A DNA stretch of 64,000 nt from an uncultured virus (IMG/VR IMGVR_UViG_3300021400_000004) (Duplodnaviria > Heunggongvirae > Uroviricota > Caudoviricetes), in IMG/VR virus record IMGVR_UViG_3300021400_000004; one strand, written 5' to 3'. The notes under the pieces were generated by a model. It was not told the origin of the DNA. It searched no databases and worked only from the letters and a program-made list of their open reading frames with translations. Shown in pieces: positions 9,194 through 18,266 of the stretch. Positions within the stretch are counted from its first letter, which is position 1. Every line of letters starts with the position of its first letter. Position numbers and translations under genes: made by a program.

Positions 9194-9272
9194 TGGAGCG
9201 AACGGGACTCGAACCCGTAGCATAGGTAATAATTTGTCACCCACATGGTCTGTTCCAGTTAGTCATCGCCCC
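9194..9272 (-). tRNA. tRNA-like RNA with Ala-type acceptor (G3:U70, A73) and non-canonical D and anticodon arms
   Basis: GGGGCGA/TCGCTCC-A acceptor; ACGGG-TTCGAGT-CCCGT T-arm; ~9-bp central stem with CAAATTA loop; no D-stem; no encoded CCA. Confidence 0.6.
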
Positions 9273-9323
9273 TTATTTATTTGTGACCCCCTACCCTATT
9301 GGATAGGGGGAGTAACCTTTGGA

Positions 9324-9650
9324 CTACTCGGCAATCGCAAACCTTGTAGGTGTCTTACCCTTGCCGACAGTCTTTTCAACTGCGCCCTCTTCAACAAGCG
9401 ACTTCATCAGTGCGCTTATCTTCTGGCAAGAGTGTCCGAGTTCAACACCGATTTCTGTTGCGGTACGACCTCTTCCGTCTGCAAGGTAAGCAAGAATATC
9501 AGCCTTGATACCCTCATTAGCCACCTGAACCTTAGTTGGCTTTGAGGACTTTCTATCAAGAGAAGCAATCATCTTCTCAGCGACCTCTCTCATTTCATCT
9601 GTGCAACCCTCAAGTTCCATTGTCTTTGTAAGAAATTCTCTCTTTGTCAT
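9324..9650 (-). CDS. Winged-helix DNA-binding protein, paralog 1
   Basis: C-terminal TATEIGVELGHSCQKISALMKSLVEEGAV wHTH; clear paralog of 12628-12942. Confidence 0.7.
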   Translation of the reverse strand: MTKREFLTKTMELEGCTDEMREVAEKMIASLDRKSSKPTKVQVANEGIKADILAYLADGRGRTATEIGVELGHSCQKISALMKSLVEEGAVEKTVGKGKTPTRFAIAE

Positions 9651-10076
9651 AATACATCTACCTCTTTCTTTTTTAATATTTTTTATTTGTTATCTTATGT
9701 ACTTATTATAACTCTTTTTTATTTAGTTGTCAAGTATTTTTTTTATTTTTTTGAGATTGTTTGTAATGGGTTTTCTCTATTAACCGCCTTGCAAGGTGAT
9801 GATCTCGGTCAGAGGAGTTTTCCGCACTCGCTATTTAAACGCTCTCTTTATCTTTTGTAAGTTCATTATATCATAGTGGAAAAGGATTGTCAAGACCTTT
9901 TTTCAAATTTTTTTCAACCTTGTGTGTACCTTGACTTCCTTACGCACTTGACAGGGTTTTGTTGCAAGTTTTACCAGCCTTTTCCTATTTGATAATTAAA
10001 TTATAACAAAATTTTTTAGTATTTGCAAGTACAAGATTTTTAGGAAAATTTGTGCATTTTGCACAATAAAAAAAGC

Positions 10077-10151
10077 TTGACAAAAATGGCGCGGCGGGTG
10101 TATAATAGAAATTTGGAGCCTTGGCGTAAGGAACGCACGCCAAGGCTCCAA
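10077..10151 (+). ncRNA. Hairpin-family element 4 with sigmaA promoter
   Basis: TTGACA-N18-TATAAT, then TTGGAGCCTTG-GCG-TAAGGAACGCA-CGC-CAAGGCTCCAA. Confidence 0.65.
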
Positions 10152-10167
10152 TGAAAAGAAGAGGACT

Positions 10168-10338
10168 TTAATAGTCCTCTTCTACAAAATCTTTTACCTC
10201 TATTTTATCTATAATCCCCTCAACCGCAAGCCGCCTTGCAAATTCTAATACTTCGGGATCATCTGTAATCCAGTTTATTTCTTTATCAGCATACTGTTTT
10301 AAACGTAAATCTTTAATAGTTACAATTTTAGTATCCAT
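10168..10338 (-). CDS. Small early protein (56 aa, below the ORF-track cutoff)
   Basis: MDTKIVTIKDLRLKQY...VEEDY; GAGGT RBS; own promoter. Confidence 0.6.
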   Translation of the reverse strand: MDTKIVTIKDLRLKQYADKEINWITDDPEVLEFARRLAVEGIIDKIEVKDFVEEDY

Positions 10339-10601
10339 TTGTTATACCTCTCTTTCGTTTTCCTTTATTGTATCATAGGGTTGATTATTTGTCAACTATT
10401 TTTATGAATAAAATTCATTAATTTTTCTTTTGATTTAACCATTTCATTTATTATACATTGAGGGGTTTGTTCTTGTATGCATTGTGCAATATAGTCATTT
10501 AGCATAGTAATAATTATTAGTTCATCTATTGTATTAAAATCATCTTCCATTTTATTATATTTTTCTCCTTTTCTTTATTATACTACATTTGCGGTTGTTT
10601 G

Positions 10602-10859
10602 TCAACCGCAATATAGTAAAATTATAAAATAAATATTCAGTGCTACACTTGATAAGTGCATTACAAGCCCATTTATGTGGCGGTCAACCGCAAGGTCTTT
10701 TATAACACCGATAAACGCAATCGCAAGTCCGAACCATGCAATAGACAATCCATAAATCATAATGAGAATTACATTGATTACAGTTATTAAGCACCGCAAG
10801 TCATTGTATTCAAATCTGTATCTTCCTTCGATTTTAAAAAACTCTTTTACTTTTGTCAT
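10602..10859 (-). CDS. Small membrane protein
   Basis: Hydrophobic helices; AGAGG RBS. Confidence 0.6.
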   Translation of the reverse strand: MTKVKEFFKIEGRYRFEYNDLRCLITVINVILIMIYGLSIAWFGLAIAFIGVIKDLAVDRHINGLVMHLSSVALNIYFIILLYCG

Positions 10860-10876
10860 AGGCTTTTCCTCTCTTT

Positions 10877-11044
10877 CTATTTGATACTTATTAAACGTAA
10901 ATAGTTGTCTTTTGCTCTTTGTTTGCTTAACTGTCTTGTGTTTTTAGGTAAATGCTTTCTTTTTCTTTCGTTATTATTAAAACTGTTATAATACTTTATT
11001 AAAAACATTTTCCTTAATTTATGTATTTTCATTTTTGAACTCAT
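10877..11044 (-). CDS. Small basic protein
   Basis: Start at MSSKMK after a GAGG RBS; own promoter. Confidence 0.5.
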   Translation of the reverse strand: MSSKMKIHKLRKMFLIKYYNSFNNNERKRKHLPKNTRQLSKQRAKDNYLRLISIK

Positions 11045-11103
11045 TTTTATTTCCTCTCTTTCGTTTTTCTTTATTATATCACAGGGTTGACTAATTGTCA
11101 ACC

Positions 11104-11304
11104 CTAAACATTTTTTACTACAAGGACGGTTTCTTGAAGTCCGTCATCACTTGCAATATACATTTCAAATGCGGTATCCCATACTCTACCGAGCTTGATG
11201 AAATTAACCTGCGGTGAATTATCCATCATATCGAAAAAGAGTTTTGCATTTAAAAATGTGTTGTTGTTTGCTTTAAGCCAATTCTTAATTTCCCATGTGT
11301 ACAT
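11104..11304 (-). CDS. Hypothetical early protein
   Basis: 66 aa, GAGGT RBS, own promoter. Confidence 0.6.
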   Translation of the reverse strand: MYTWEIKNWLKANNNTFLNAKLFFDMMDNSPQVNFIKLGRVWDTAFEMYIASDDGLQETVLVVKNV

Positions 11305-11448
11305 ACGCTTTACCTCTCTTTCTCTTTTCTTGAGTTAATTATATCATGCGGTGGTGCGGTTGTCAAGCACTTTTTTGAAAAATTTTGCGGAGGCGCGCCC
11401 GGGCAAAAAATGCAAGGCGGTTCATGTCTCCATGACCGCCTTCCCGCA

Positions 11449-11616
11449 TTAATAAGTATCAAGTCCAAGCATTTCCGCTTCAAAATCACTAATTTTATCA
11501 ATCACTCTTGGAGCTTCAAAATAAAGGTTGGCAGTTGCTTTTGCTTCTTCTTTGTTAAGAGCTTCTACTATAAAATCTTCACCTGTTATATCATCTGTCA
11601 TTAAATAGTTCTTCAT
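11449..11616 (-). CDS. Small acidic protein (55 aa)
   Basis: MKNYLMTDDITGEDFIVEA...EAEMLGLDTY; GAGGT RBS. Confidence 0.6.
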   Translation of the reverse strand: MKNYLMTDDITGEDFIVEALNKEEAKATANLYFEAPRVIDKISDFEAEMLGLDTY

Positions 11617-11868
11617 TTTATTTACCTCTCTTTTCCTTTAATGATTTTATTATTTTATTCTTCCCAATGTTTTATAAGTTCTAAAGAGCCGTCCTTTTGT
11701 ATTTCATAATGTTCATATCCAAATTTTTTATACTTGACTGGAATTTTATTACACACAAGAATAGGTTCTTTATCTGCTTCACATTCCCACGGGTCACTAA
11801 GTGGTGTACATTTTACAATTAAATATTTCATTTTATTTACCTCTCTTCCTTTTGATAAATCTATTATA

Positions 11869-12054
11869 CTATAATTTCACTTTTGTGTCAAGTGCTTTTC
11901 TATAAAAATTATCTAATTCTACAAAAGTTATAGCGCCATTCAAATAACCTTTTACCATAATTCTAAAATACATAGATATTTTATGATCTTTACCAAATCT
12001 ATTTTCTATCTCTTGTGTCATCCATTTAGTTAAACGTACTCTTGAATTTTCCAT
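11869..12054 (-). CDS. Hypothetical early protein
   Basis: 61 aa with AGGGG RBS. Confidence 0.5.
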   Translation of the reverse strand: MENSRVRLTKWMTQEIENRFGKDHKISMYFRIMVKGYLNGAITFVELDNFYRKALDTKVKL

Positions 12055-12214
12055 TTTTACTACCCCTTTCTTTTGATAAACAATCTCTCATAGCTTGTTT
12101 CATTTCTTCATATTTTTTTAAGTAGTAATGTTTATTCATACGTTCTTTACTTAATTTATAATATACTTTTGCACTCTTATAATAAACGTAAAACATTAGA
12201 TATTTATTTGTCAT
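12026..12214 (-). CDS. Hypothetical early protein
   Basis: 62 aa with RBS and own promoter. Confidence 0.5.
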   Translation of the reverse strand: MTNKYLMFYVYYKSAKVYYKLSKERMNKHYYLKKYEEMKQAMRDCLSKERGSKNGKFKSTFN

Positions 12215-12359
12215 TTTTATTACCCCTTTCCTTTTTCTTTATTATAACAAATTTTTATTTTCTTGTCAACTATTTTTGCAATAGCTATAGTCAATATTTT
12301 ATTAACTTTTAAAGCAAAGTTAGAGGAAACGAACAAATTTCCGCCGGCTTAAAAAATTG

Positions 12360-12433
12360 TTGACAAAAACTTGTAAGTATAGTATAATTAAGGAAGCGGC
12401 TCTGTTGCGGAAGGGACGCCCGCAACAGAGCCG
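12360..12433 (+). ncRNA. Hairpin-family element 5 with sigmaA promoter
   Basis: TTGACA-N17-TATAAT, then CGGCTCTGTT-GCG-GAAGGGACGCC-CGC-AACAGAGCCG. Confidence 0.65.
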
Positions 12434-12512
12434 ACAAAAAGTTGAGCCAAAGGCGGTAAACCTTTGGCTCATTTAGGAAAGGAGGATTTTATATCAAACC
12501 TTGTCTGTATTA

Positions 12513-12585
12513 GTAGGGTAAAGCGGAATCGAACCGCTTATCAGCTCGCAACTTCTTGGAGATTTTACCTTTAAACTATACCCTA
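12513..12585 (-). tRNA. tRNA-like RNA with disrupted anticodon arm
   Basis: TAGGGTA/TACCCTA acceptor; TAGTTTAAAGGTAAAA D region; AAGCGG-TTCGATT-CCGCTT T-arm; central CTCCAA-GAAG-TTGCGAG lacks a 5-bp stem with 7-nt loop. Confidence 0.55.
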
Positions 12586-12627
12586 ACCCCCACCCCAACC
12601 TTGCGGAGTGGGGGAGTAACTCACAGA

Positions 12628-12942
12628 TTACTCTGCGAGGTGGTAGGTTGCAGGGTTCTTGCCCTTACCCTCTACCTTTACGACACTCTCAATCTGCTTG
12701 AGGAGTGCGGCTACCTTTGCGGTTGAGTAGCCAACCTCATCAGCGATTTCCTTTGCGGTCATCGGCTCTGCGCCCATAACCTCAACAATCTTCGCCTTAA
12801 TACCCTCGTTCTCAATCTGCGCCTTTGTCGGCTTTGAGGACTTTCTATCAAGACTTGCAATAGCCTTTGCCATTACCTCTCTCTCTTCTGAATCCTCTGC
12901 AAACATTTCCATAGCCTTTGTGAAAACTTCTCTCTTTGTCAT
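12628..12942 (-). CDS. Winged-helix DNA-binding protein, paralog 2
   Basis: Shares MTKRE...IASLDRKSSKPTK...NEGIKA...GKGK with 9324-9650. Confidence 0.7.
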   Translation of the reverse strand: MTKREVFTKAMEMFAEDSEEREVMAKAIASLDRKSSKPTKAQIENEGIKAKIVEVMGAEPMTAKEIADEVGYSTAKVAALLKQIESVVKVEGKGKNPATYHLAE

Positions 12943-13628
12943 AGTACATCTACCTCTTTCTTTTTATTTTGTAAGTTAATTATAACAAATCTTTTTTATT
13001 TTGTCAATAGTTTTTTTATTTTTTTCGGTTGCGCAACCTTTCGTTTCGGTTTTGTTTTCGTATAACCTGTGGAAGAATATCCTACCCTGAAGTACGCCAG
13101 TCCGCCATTTTTTTAGTTTCGTATTGAACTCAGAGTGAACACTGGACTGCTCTAAAGTCAACCAATCTCACGAGTTTGGTAGCCGATGTATGACACAAAA
13201 CCATACATAGAGGAGTTTTTATGACTTTGCTTTGTCATTTTCTATATTTATTATATCATAGATTTTCTAATCTGTCAAGCATTTTTTTAAAATCTTTTTT
13301 GATTTTATTTCTTGAAGGGTGTTTAGCATCTTTATGCACCCTCGTACCTGTATTCATATTGTACCATACTCTTTGACTTTTGTCAAGTAGTTTTTTCTTA
13401 TTTTTTTCAACCATTTTTTTATCCTCTTTCCATTTGGTATTTATATTATAACAAATTTTTATTTATTTGTCAACTATTTTTTTATTTTTTCTGTGCTTTT
13501 TCGGTTTAGCACAGAGAACCGTGGGAGGTTCTTGCCTCACTTTCTATAATGATTATAGCAAAATTTTATTTGTATGTCAAGCACAAATTTTGGGAAAATT
13601 TTTGGTTATTTTGCACAAAAAATTTTAC

Positions 13629-13702
13629 TTGACAAAAACTTGGCGGTATGATATAATGGAATTTTGGCGCGAGCACGAGAAAGGGCACCCGTGCTCGCGC
13701 CA
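13629..13702 (+). ncRNA. Hairpin-family element 6 with sigmaA promoter
   Basis: TTGACA-N17-TATAAT (TG-extended), then TGGCGCGAGC-ACG-N12-CGT-GCTCGCGCCA. Confidence 0.65.
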
Positions 13703-13730
13703 TCAAAAAAAGAGGGCGGATATCCGCCCT

Positions 13731-13925
13731 CTACTCTCCAAAAATCTTATCCTGACAAGTAGGACACATACCTGAAATAATACACTCTCTATCTGTTGCG
13801 GACAGATAAGGGAAAGCGTTCTGCACAAGTGCGCCACTCTCATATTTTTCAAGGTCAGTCTGATTAACTTCAACTGCCCAACCCTTGTTACAAAATACAC
13901 AATTTCCGATAAGATTAACTCTCAT
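13731..13925 (-). CDS. Small zinc-binding protein
   Basis: CVFC...CPTC; GAGGT RBS. Confidence 0.6.
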   Translation of the reverse strand: MRVNLIGNCVFCNKGWAVEVNQTDLEKYESGALVQNAFPYLSATDRECIISGMCPTCQDKIFGE

Positions 13926-13994
13926 ATTATTTACCTCTCTTTCTTTTGATATACTTATTATATCATGTAATGGGTTGTTTGTCAACCCCTTATT

Positions 13995-14294
13995 TTAAAT
14001 TTTTTCAAGAATATCATCTGCGGTAAGCCAACCGATAACATCATCTTCGTCATCATCACCCATCTTACTTACTTTTTTAACAATAGCTGAACCCATAATC
14101 TCAAGTAGTCCTCTCTCAGAGCCATAGCTACCTTTGTTAATTACCGCATCCCAAAGTCTATTACCCTCGTCATCATAGACGATAACCTGAGCGCCCCAAT
14201 TAGTAATTAACTCTGTACTTATCTTGAGACCTTTCTGATTAAGACCAACTACAAGCTTTGTAAATTCATTAAGATTAAGTTTTGTATCTACCAT
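13995..14294 (-). CDS. Hypothetical early protein
   Basis: 99 aa (GSYG..GLLEIMG...VIGWLTA), RBS and own promoter. Confidence 0.65.
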   Translation of the reverse strand: MVDTKLNLNEFTKLVVGLNQKGLKISTELITNWGAQVIVYDDEGNRLWDAVINKGSYGSERGLLEIMGSAIVKKVSKMGDDDEDDVIGWLTADDILEKI

Positions 14295-14430
14295 ATTTGT
14301 TTACCTCTTTCCTTTCATTACTCTTTTGTTTGTTTCTATAATAATATTATCAAAAATTTTAGCAAAAGTCAAGTAAAATATTGCACAAAGTTTCGGGCAG
14401 TTGGTGATTAAAATTTGTTCAACTTTTCTC

Positions 14431-14503
14431 TTGACAAAAAAACTGTGATGTGGTATAATGGATTTTTGGGGCGCGTGCGGAAGGTACGCGCGCACGCGCC
14501 CCA
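14431..14503 (+). ncRNA. Hairpin-family element 7 with sigmaA promoter
   Basis: TTGACA-N17-TATAAT (TG-extended), then TGGGGCGCGT-GCG-GAAGGTACGCG-CGC-ACGCGCCCCA. Confidence 0.65.
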
Positions 14504-14860
14504 TCAAATAAAAAAGAGCGATTAATCGCTCTTTTTTGCTCTTGCAAGCTCTCTGAGCTTTGCAACTTTTTTTGCGTTATACTTTGGTTTCTCACCCTTG
14601 ACATTTTCAAGGATTACCTTTGCGTCCTTGGGGGCTTCCGCCCTTGTCTTGTAAACCTGACCATTATACTCATATCTTACTTTTCTCATACTCGTTTCCT
14701 CTCTTTCTTTATCTTTTGTAATTTTATTATAACATATTTAATTAGGGCTGTCAACTATTTTTTTTAAGAAAATGCCTGTTTTAAAAATGCGGACTTGCTT
14801 TTTAAACTATGCAAGTCCGCCAAAGGAAAGAAAGGCATATCAAATTATATCTACTACGAA

Positions 14861-14933
<73 letters not shown>

Positions 14934-15131
14934 CTATTTATCACCATTTTGTGCGGTTTGGTGATTTTCTCTTGCGTTCCTCTCTGAGTTCGTCATACCA
15001 ATCAATGAACCCAGCAATTCCGCAACCTATAACTACTACACAATTAACCATTCCAAGAATTATTATACTATTCATACCTTTTACCTCTCTTTCATTTTCT
15101 ATATATATTATAGCAAAAAATTTTTAATTTG

Positions 15132-15317
15132 TCAACAATTATTTTTTGCGCCACAATTTTCACAATAATTTGGATATATACCTTGTGTTGACATCATTGA
15201 CCTGCGGTAATTACAAAATGGACATTCAATTTGCCATGTATATGATTGACAATCAATATCAATCCATTTCCCCTCTAATCTTGAGTTTTCAGTTTTATTA
15301 ATTGTTATTCTTTCCAT
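15132..15317 (-). CDS. Small zinc-ribbon protein
   Basis: CPFC...YCENCGAK. Confidence 0.6.
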   Translation of the reverse strand: MERITINKTENSRLEGKWIDIDCQSYTWQIECPFCNYRRSMMSTQGIYPNYCENCGAKNNC

Positions 15318-15438
15318 TCTTTTGTCCTCTCTTTCATTTTCTATATATAGAATAGCAAAAAATTTTTATTTTGTCAACAATTATTTTTTGCACAAAATTT
15401 CAGGAATTTTTTTGTGCAAAATTTTGCGCAAAAAACAC

Positions 15439-15513
15439 TTGACAAATTCCGCGATCTGTGCATACAAATAAAGAGCGGTGCGGCTGCGGATAATGCAGTC
15501 GCAGCCGCACCGC
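15439..15513 (+). ncRNA. Hairpin-family element 8
   Basis: TTGACA with a weak -10 (TACAAA), then GCGGTGCGGCT-GCG-GATAATGCAGT-CGC-AGCCGCACCGC. Confidence 0.6.
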
Positions 15514-15528
15514 CCAAGACGAGGAGAT

Positions 15529-15720
15529 TTACTCCTCGTCCTCTTCAAAAACCGCTACGAGATCTGAGCTGTCACCAGCTACCGCCCACACATCCCACCA
15601 ACCGCCATTAGCTTCAATGGAGGTTATATGAGTATCAATTCGTGGGTTGATGTCTCCGCGCTCAACCTCTGTACAATTAAGTTCCATAAGACCCATTTCT
15701 GAAAAATAATGAAGTATCAT
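15529..15720 (-). CDS. Small acidic protein
   Basis: Start MILHYF after a GAGG RBS; own promoter. Confidence 0.55.
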   Translation of the reverse strand: MILHYFSEMGLMELNCTEVERGDINPRIDTHITSIEANGGWWDVWAVAGDSSDLVAVFEEDEE

Positions 15721-15809
15721 ATTTTTTTCCTCTCTTTCCTTTTTCTGATTATATATTATCATATTAAGAGTTGTTTGTCAACAACTATTTTTATTTTTCA
15801 TATATGACC

Positions 15810-16118
15810 TTAGCAATATGCTAAGGTCATATTTGCCCACTTTAAAACTGAGATCTGATTGCAAGCCCGCCCGATTGTAAGGGCTTCTTTTTTCGTATTT
15901 ACTCTTTTGCTTTTATCTATATACCATATGCCATTAGCAAACCATAAACCACAGTTTCCGCCGTATGCTTTTATAAGACCTATAACTTTTGTTATATCAG
16001 TAGTTTCTACACCTTCAGTTGCTACTTGCCAACCGGATTTATAAACAATCGGCTTTCCATTCTTTAAAGTTAAACCACCATTATTATTAATTTTGCGGAG
16101 GGTTCTAATATTTATCAT
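15810..16118 (-). CDS. Hypothetical early protein
   Basis: 102 aa; hairpin-split SD leader. Confidence 0.65.
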   Translation of the reverse strand: MINIRTLRKINNNGGLTLKNGKPIVYKSGWQVATEGVETTDITKVIGLIKAYGGNCGLWFANGIWYIDKSKRVNTKKEALTIGRACNQISVLKWANMTLAYC

Positions 16119-16274
16119 AATCTTTTACCTTTAGCCTTTCGGCTTCCTTTCCTTAACTCTGATATAATATTAACACATACTAATATAAAATGCAAGCGTT
16201 TTGAATAAAAAAGTTGTACAAAAAATCAGGAGGATTCTGGATTTTATTTGTGCAAAATAACTATAAAAAAGTGC

Positions 16275-16456
16275 TTGACAAAATGTCCACCAAGGGTGTA
16301 TAATAGTTTGCCGGCACTTCGAGGAGCGCCGGCAACAACGGATCCGGGCGTGTCCTCGAACATCTGTTTTGCGCGCAACCGGTTGCGCAAAGTCGAACAC
16401 CTGTTCAAACAGACAAAGCGGCAGGCTGGCGGTTAAAGCCTTCGCCAGCCTGCCGC
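16275..16456 (+). ncRNA. Longer structured RNA ending in hairpin-family element 9
   Basis: TTGACA-N18-TATAAT; hairpin at 16308-16335; multibranch segment; then GCGGCAGGCTG-GCG-GTTAAAGCCTT-CGC-CAGCCTGCCGC (16418-16456). Confidence 0.55.
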
Positions 16457-16824
16457 CCAACACAAAAAAAGAGAGCTTTCCCCAAGCTCCCGTGGGCGCA
16501 TAATAAGTCTGCGACTCTTGACATTCGTTCCTATGGCTGAACACCGTAAATTTGCCCCCAATATCTTTTAGGCGAGACACCTTTGGGAAAGGTCCACCGT
16601 ACTTCATGTCCATCACTGTTATTAATCGGGCGAGGTTTCAAGACCCTTACACCGCCCCCGGACTGTAGGCTCGGTCGTCTTCCTTAACTTTGTAAACTCA
16701 TTATACCACCTAAAAATGAATATTGCAATAGGCAGAATACACAAATATATCGGGATCTGTTTGTGCAGGTTGCACAATAACAAACAACGAATAAAAAAAC
16801 TGCCTCCTATATATAAAACAATCA

Positions 16825-16863
16825 GCGGCGCGTCGCGGTACAAACCACGCGTCGACGCGCCGC
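16825..16863 (+). ncRNA. Hairpin-family element 10
   Basis: 39 nt, GCGGCGCGTCG...CGACGCGCCGC arms; core spacing off by one. Confidence 0.5.
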
Positions 16864-16938
16864 GCCCGCCTTTTATATTTTATAAGAGCATTTTTATAGG
16901 GCGGTCAGCCATATCAACCGCCCTATTGTATTTTTTTA

Positions 16939-17136
16939 TCAGTAATTTGAGTACCAACCGCCAAATTCTGCTCGTCCTTTGACTTCGGTATCAATTAATA
17001 CCGTTGAGCCTATACGGCGGTATACCTCAGGCATAGAACACATCAAAATGTATTCTTTCCGGGCTTCTTCCCAAGATTCTTGGGTAACGGTATCTCTATA
17101 TTCTTCTTTTGTTGTAGGGAATAATATTTTGTACAT
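16939..17136 (-). CDS. Hypothetical early protein
   Basis: 65 aa, GAGGT RBS. Confidence 0.55.
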   Translation of the reverse strand: MYKILFPTTKEEYRDTVTQESWEEARKEYILMCSMPEVYRRIGSTVLIDTEVKGRAEFGGWYSNY

Positions 17137-17178
17137 AATTTTTACCTCTCTTTCCTTATCGCTATATACCTTGAGGCT

Positions 17179-17337
17179 TTAAGCCTCAAGGTAAAACTTC
17201 TCTTCTCTGTTCATTATGATTACAGCGTCAAGATTGAAAAACCTTTTCTCTTTTGCATAGAAGTTAAAAACATCCATAGCCTGCTTATAACCTCTAACCT
17301 CAATTACTTCCTTATTACCTAATAAAATTTCATACAT
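17179..17337 (-). CDS. Small early protein (52 aa)
   Basis: MYEILLGNKEVIEVRGYKQAM...FYLEA; hairpin-split SD. Confidence 0.55.
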   Translation of the reverse strand: MYEILLGNKEVIEVRGYKQAMDVFNFYAKEKRFFNLDAVIIMNREEKFYLEA

Positions 17338-17540
17338 AACCTTTTACCTTTGCACCGTTGCGGTGCCCCTTTCCTTTTGATACCCTAATGATACTACTTT
17401 ATTTTCTACTTGTCAATACCTTTTTTTAAAAAATTTTTTTGTGGCGGATCACTTATAAAAATAAAAATGGGAATAGGAAAAAATAAACAATCAGCAAAAA
17501 AGTGCTTTAAGTTTTTTTGAGCATATGGAACAATCATTTA

Positions 17541-17579
17541 GCGGGCTGCAGGCGACTTAGACTGTCGCCACCAGCCCGC
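17541..17579 (+). ncRNA. Hairpin-family element 11 (internal-loop subfamily)
   Basis: GCGGGCTG-CAG-GCG-ACTTAGACTGT-CGC-CAC-CAGCCCGC. Confidence 0.6.
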
Positions 17580-17634
17580 CCGCCCAGCTCTTAAAAATTA
17601 GGGCGGTAGTGAGTATCTACCGCCCTTTATTGTC

Positions 17635-17901
17635 TTATAGGGCTATCTCTATGCTCTGATACTGATTATCAAGACATATATAGACGATAACTTTGTAACA
17701 CTCAACACCATATCTGGCGTGAGTATTGTTGAAGTAGTCCCAAAAAGCTGGGGCTAAATCCTCATACTCGTCAGATACGTTATTTATATCTGATACGAGA
17801 TAGTCCTCATACCAACACTCGTCAAGACCTACAGTAGTCTTAAAGAATGCTCTAATCGGTGCAGCGTAAGTATCCATCTTAATCATAACATCGTTATTCA
17901 T
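17635..17901 (-). CDS. Acidic hypothetical protein
   Basis: 88 aa with RBS. Confidence 0.6.
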   Translation of the reverse strand: MNNDVMIKMDTYAAPIRAFFKTTVGLDECWYEDYLVSDINNVSDEYEDLAPAFWDYFNNTHARYGVECYKVIVYICLDNQYQSIEIAL

Positions 17902-17984
17902 AATAAACCACCCTTCCGCCTTTAAAGGCTAAAAACTTTATTTTTCATTATAGGGCGGTCGGTTGAACCAACCGCCCTTATTTG

Positions 17985-18266
17985 TTAGTGAATAGATACG
18001 TTATTATTGTATAAATCTATATCTATCCAATCATAATCGTGTTTACTGTCGGAAAGCTCAACAGATGACACGTTGTATGTTGAACACATTACGTTAATAA
18101 AATCCGCCATATCCTCAACCGGAATTTCCCAGTCCTCAAAACCGCAACTTGTCGGTAAATCATCAGCGTAAATAGTAACGCAAATCTTTTCCCAACAACT
18201 AACCTCTTCGGCTCTTCTCATAAGTTCTCTGTACTCTCTCATAGAATAATTTGTTTTTCTTGACAT
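17985..18266 (-). CDS. Acidic hypothetical protein
   Basis: 93 aa with RBS and promoter. Confidence 0.6.
   Translation of the reverse strand: MSRKTNYSMREYRELMRRAEEVSCWEKICVTIYADDLPTSCGFEDWEIPVEDMADFINVMCSTYNVSSVELSDSKHDYDWIDIDLYNNNVSIH

Noticed and set aside
11387..11450. Possible missing array member at ~11.4 kb
   Set aside because: A GC patch and terminator hairpin sit at the expected position, but there is no RCG-N11-CGY core, long arm or + strand promoter.
9324..12942. Z-alpha domain call for the wHTH paralogs
   Set aside because: The topology is similar, but the Asn/Tyr/Trp residues that define Z-alpha are not present.
10113..14503. CsrA-binding GGA loops or SRP helix-8 mimic
   Set aside because: GGA is present in only two loops and the SRP internal-loop motif is absent; the conserved features are loop length, R5, R7 and C8.
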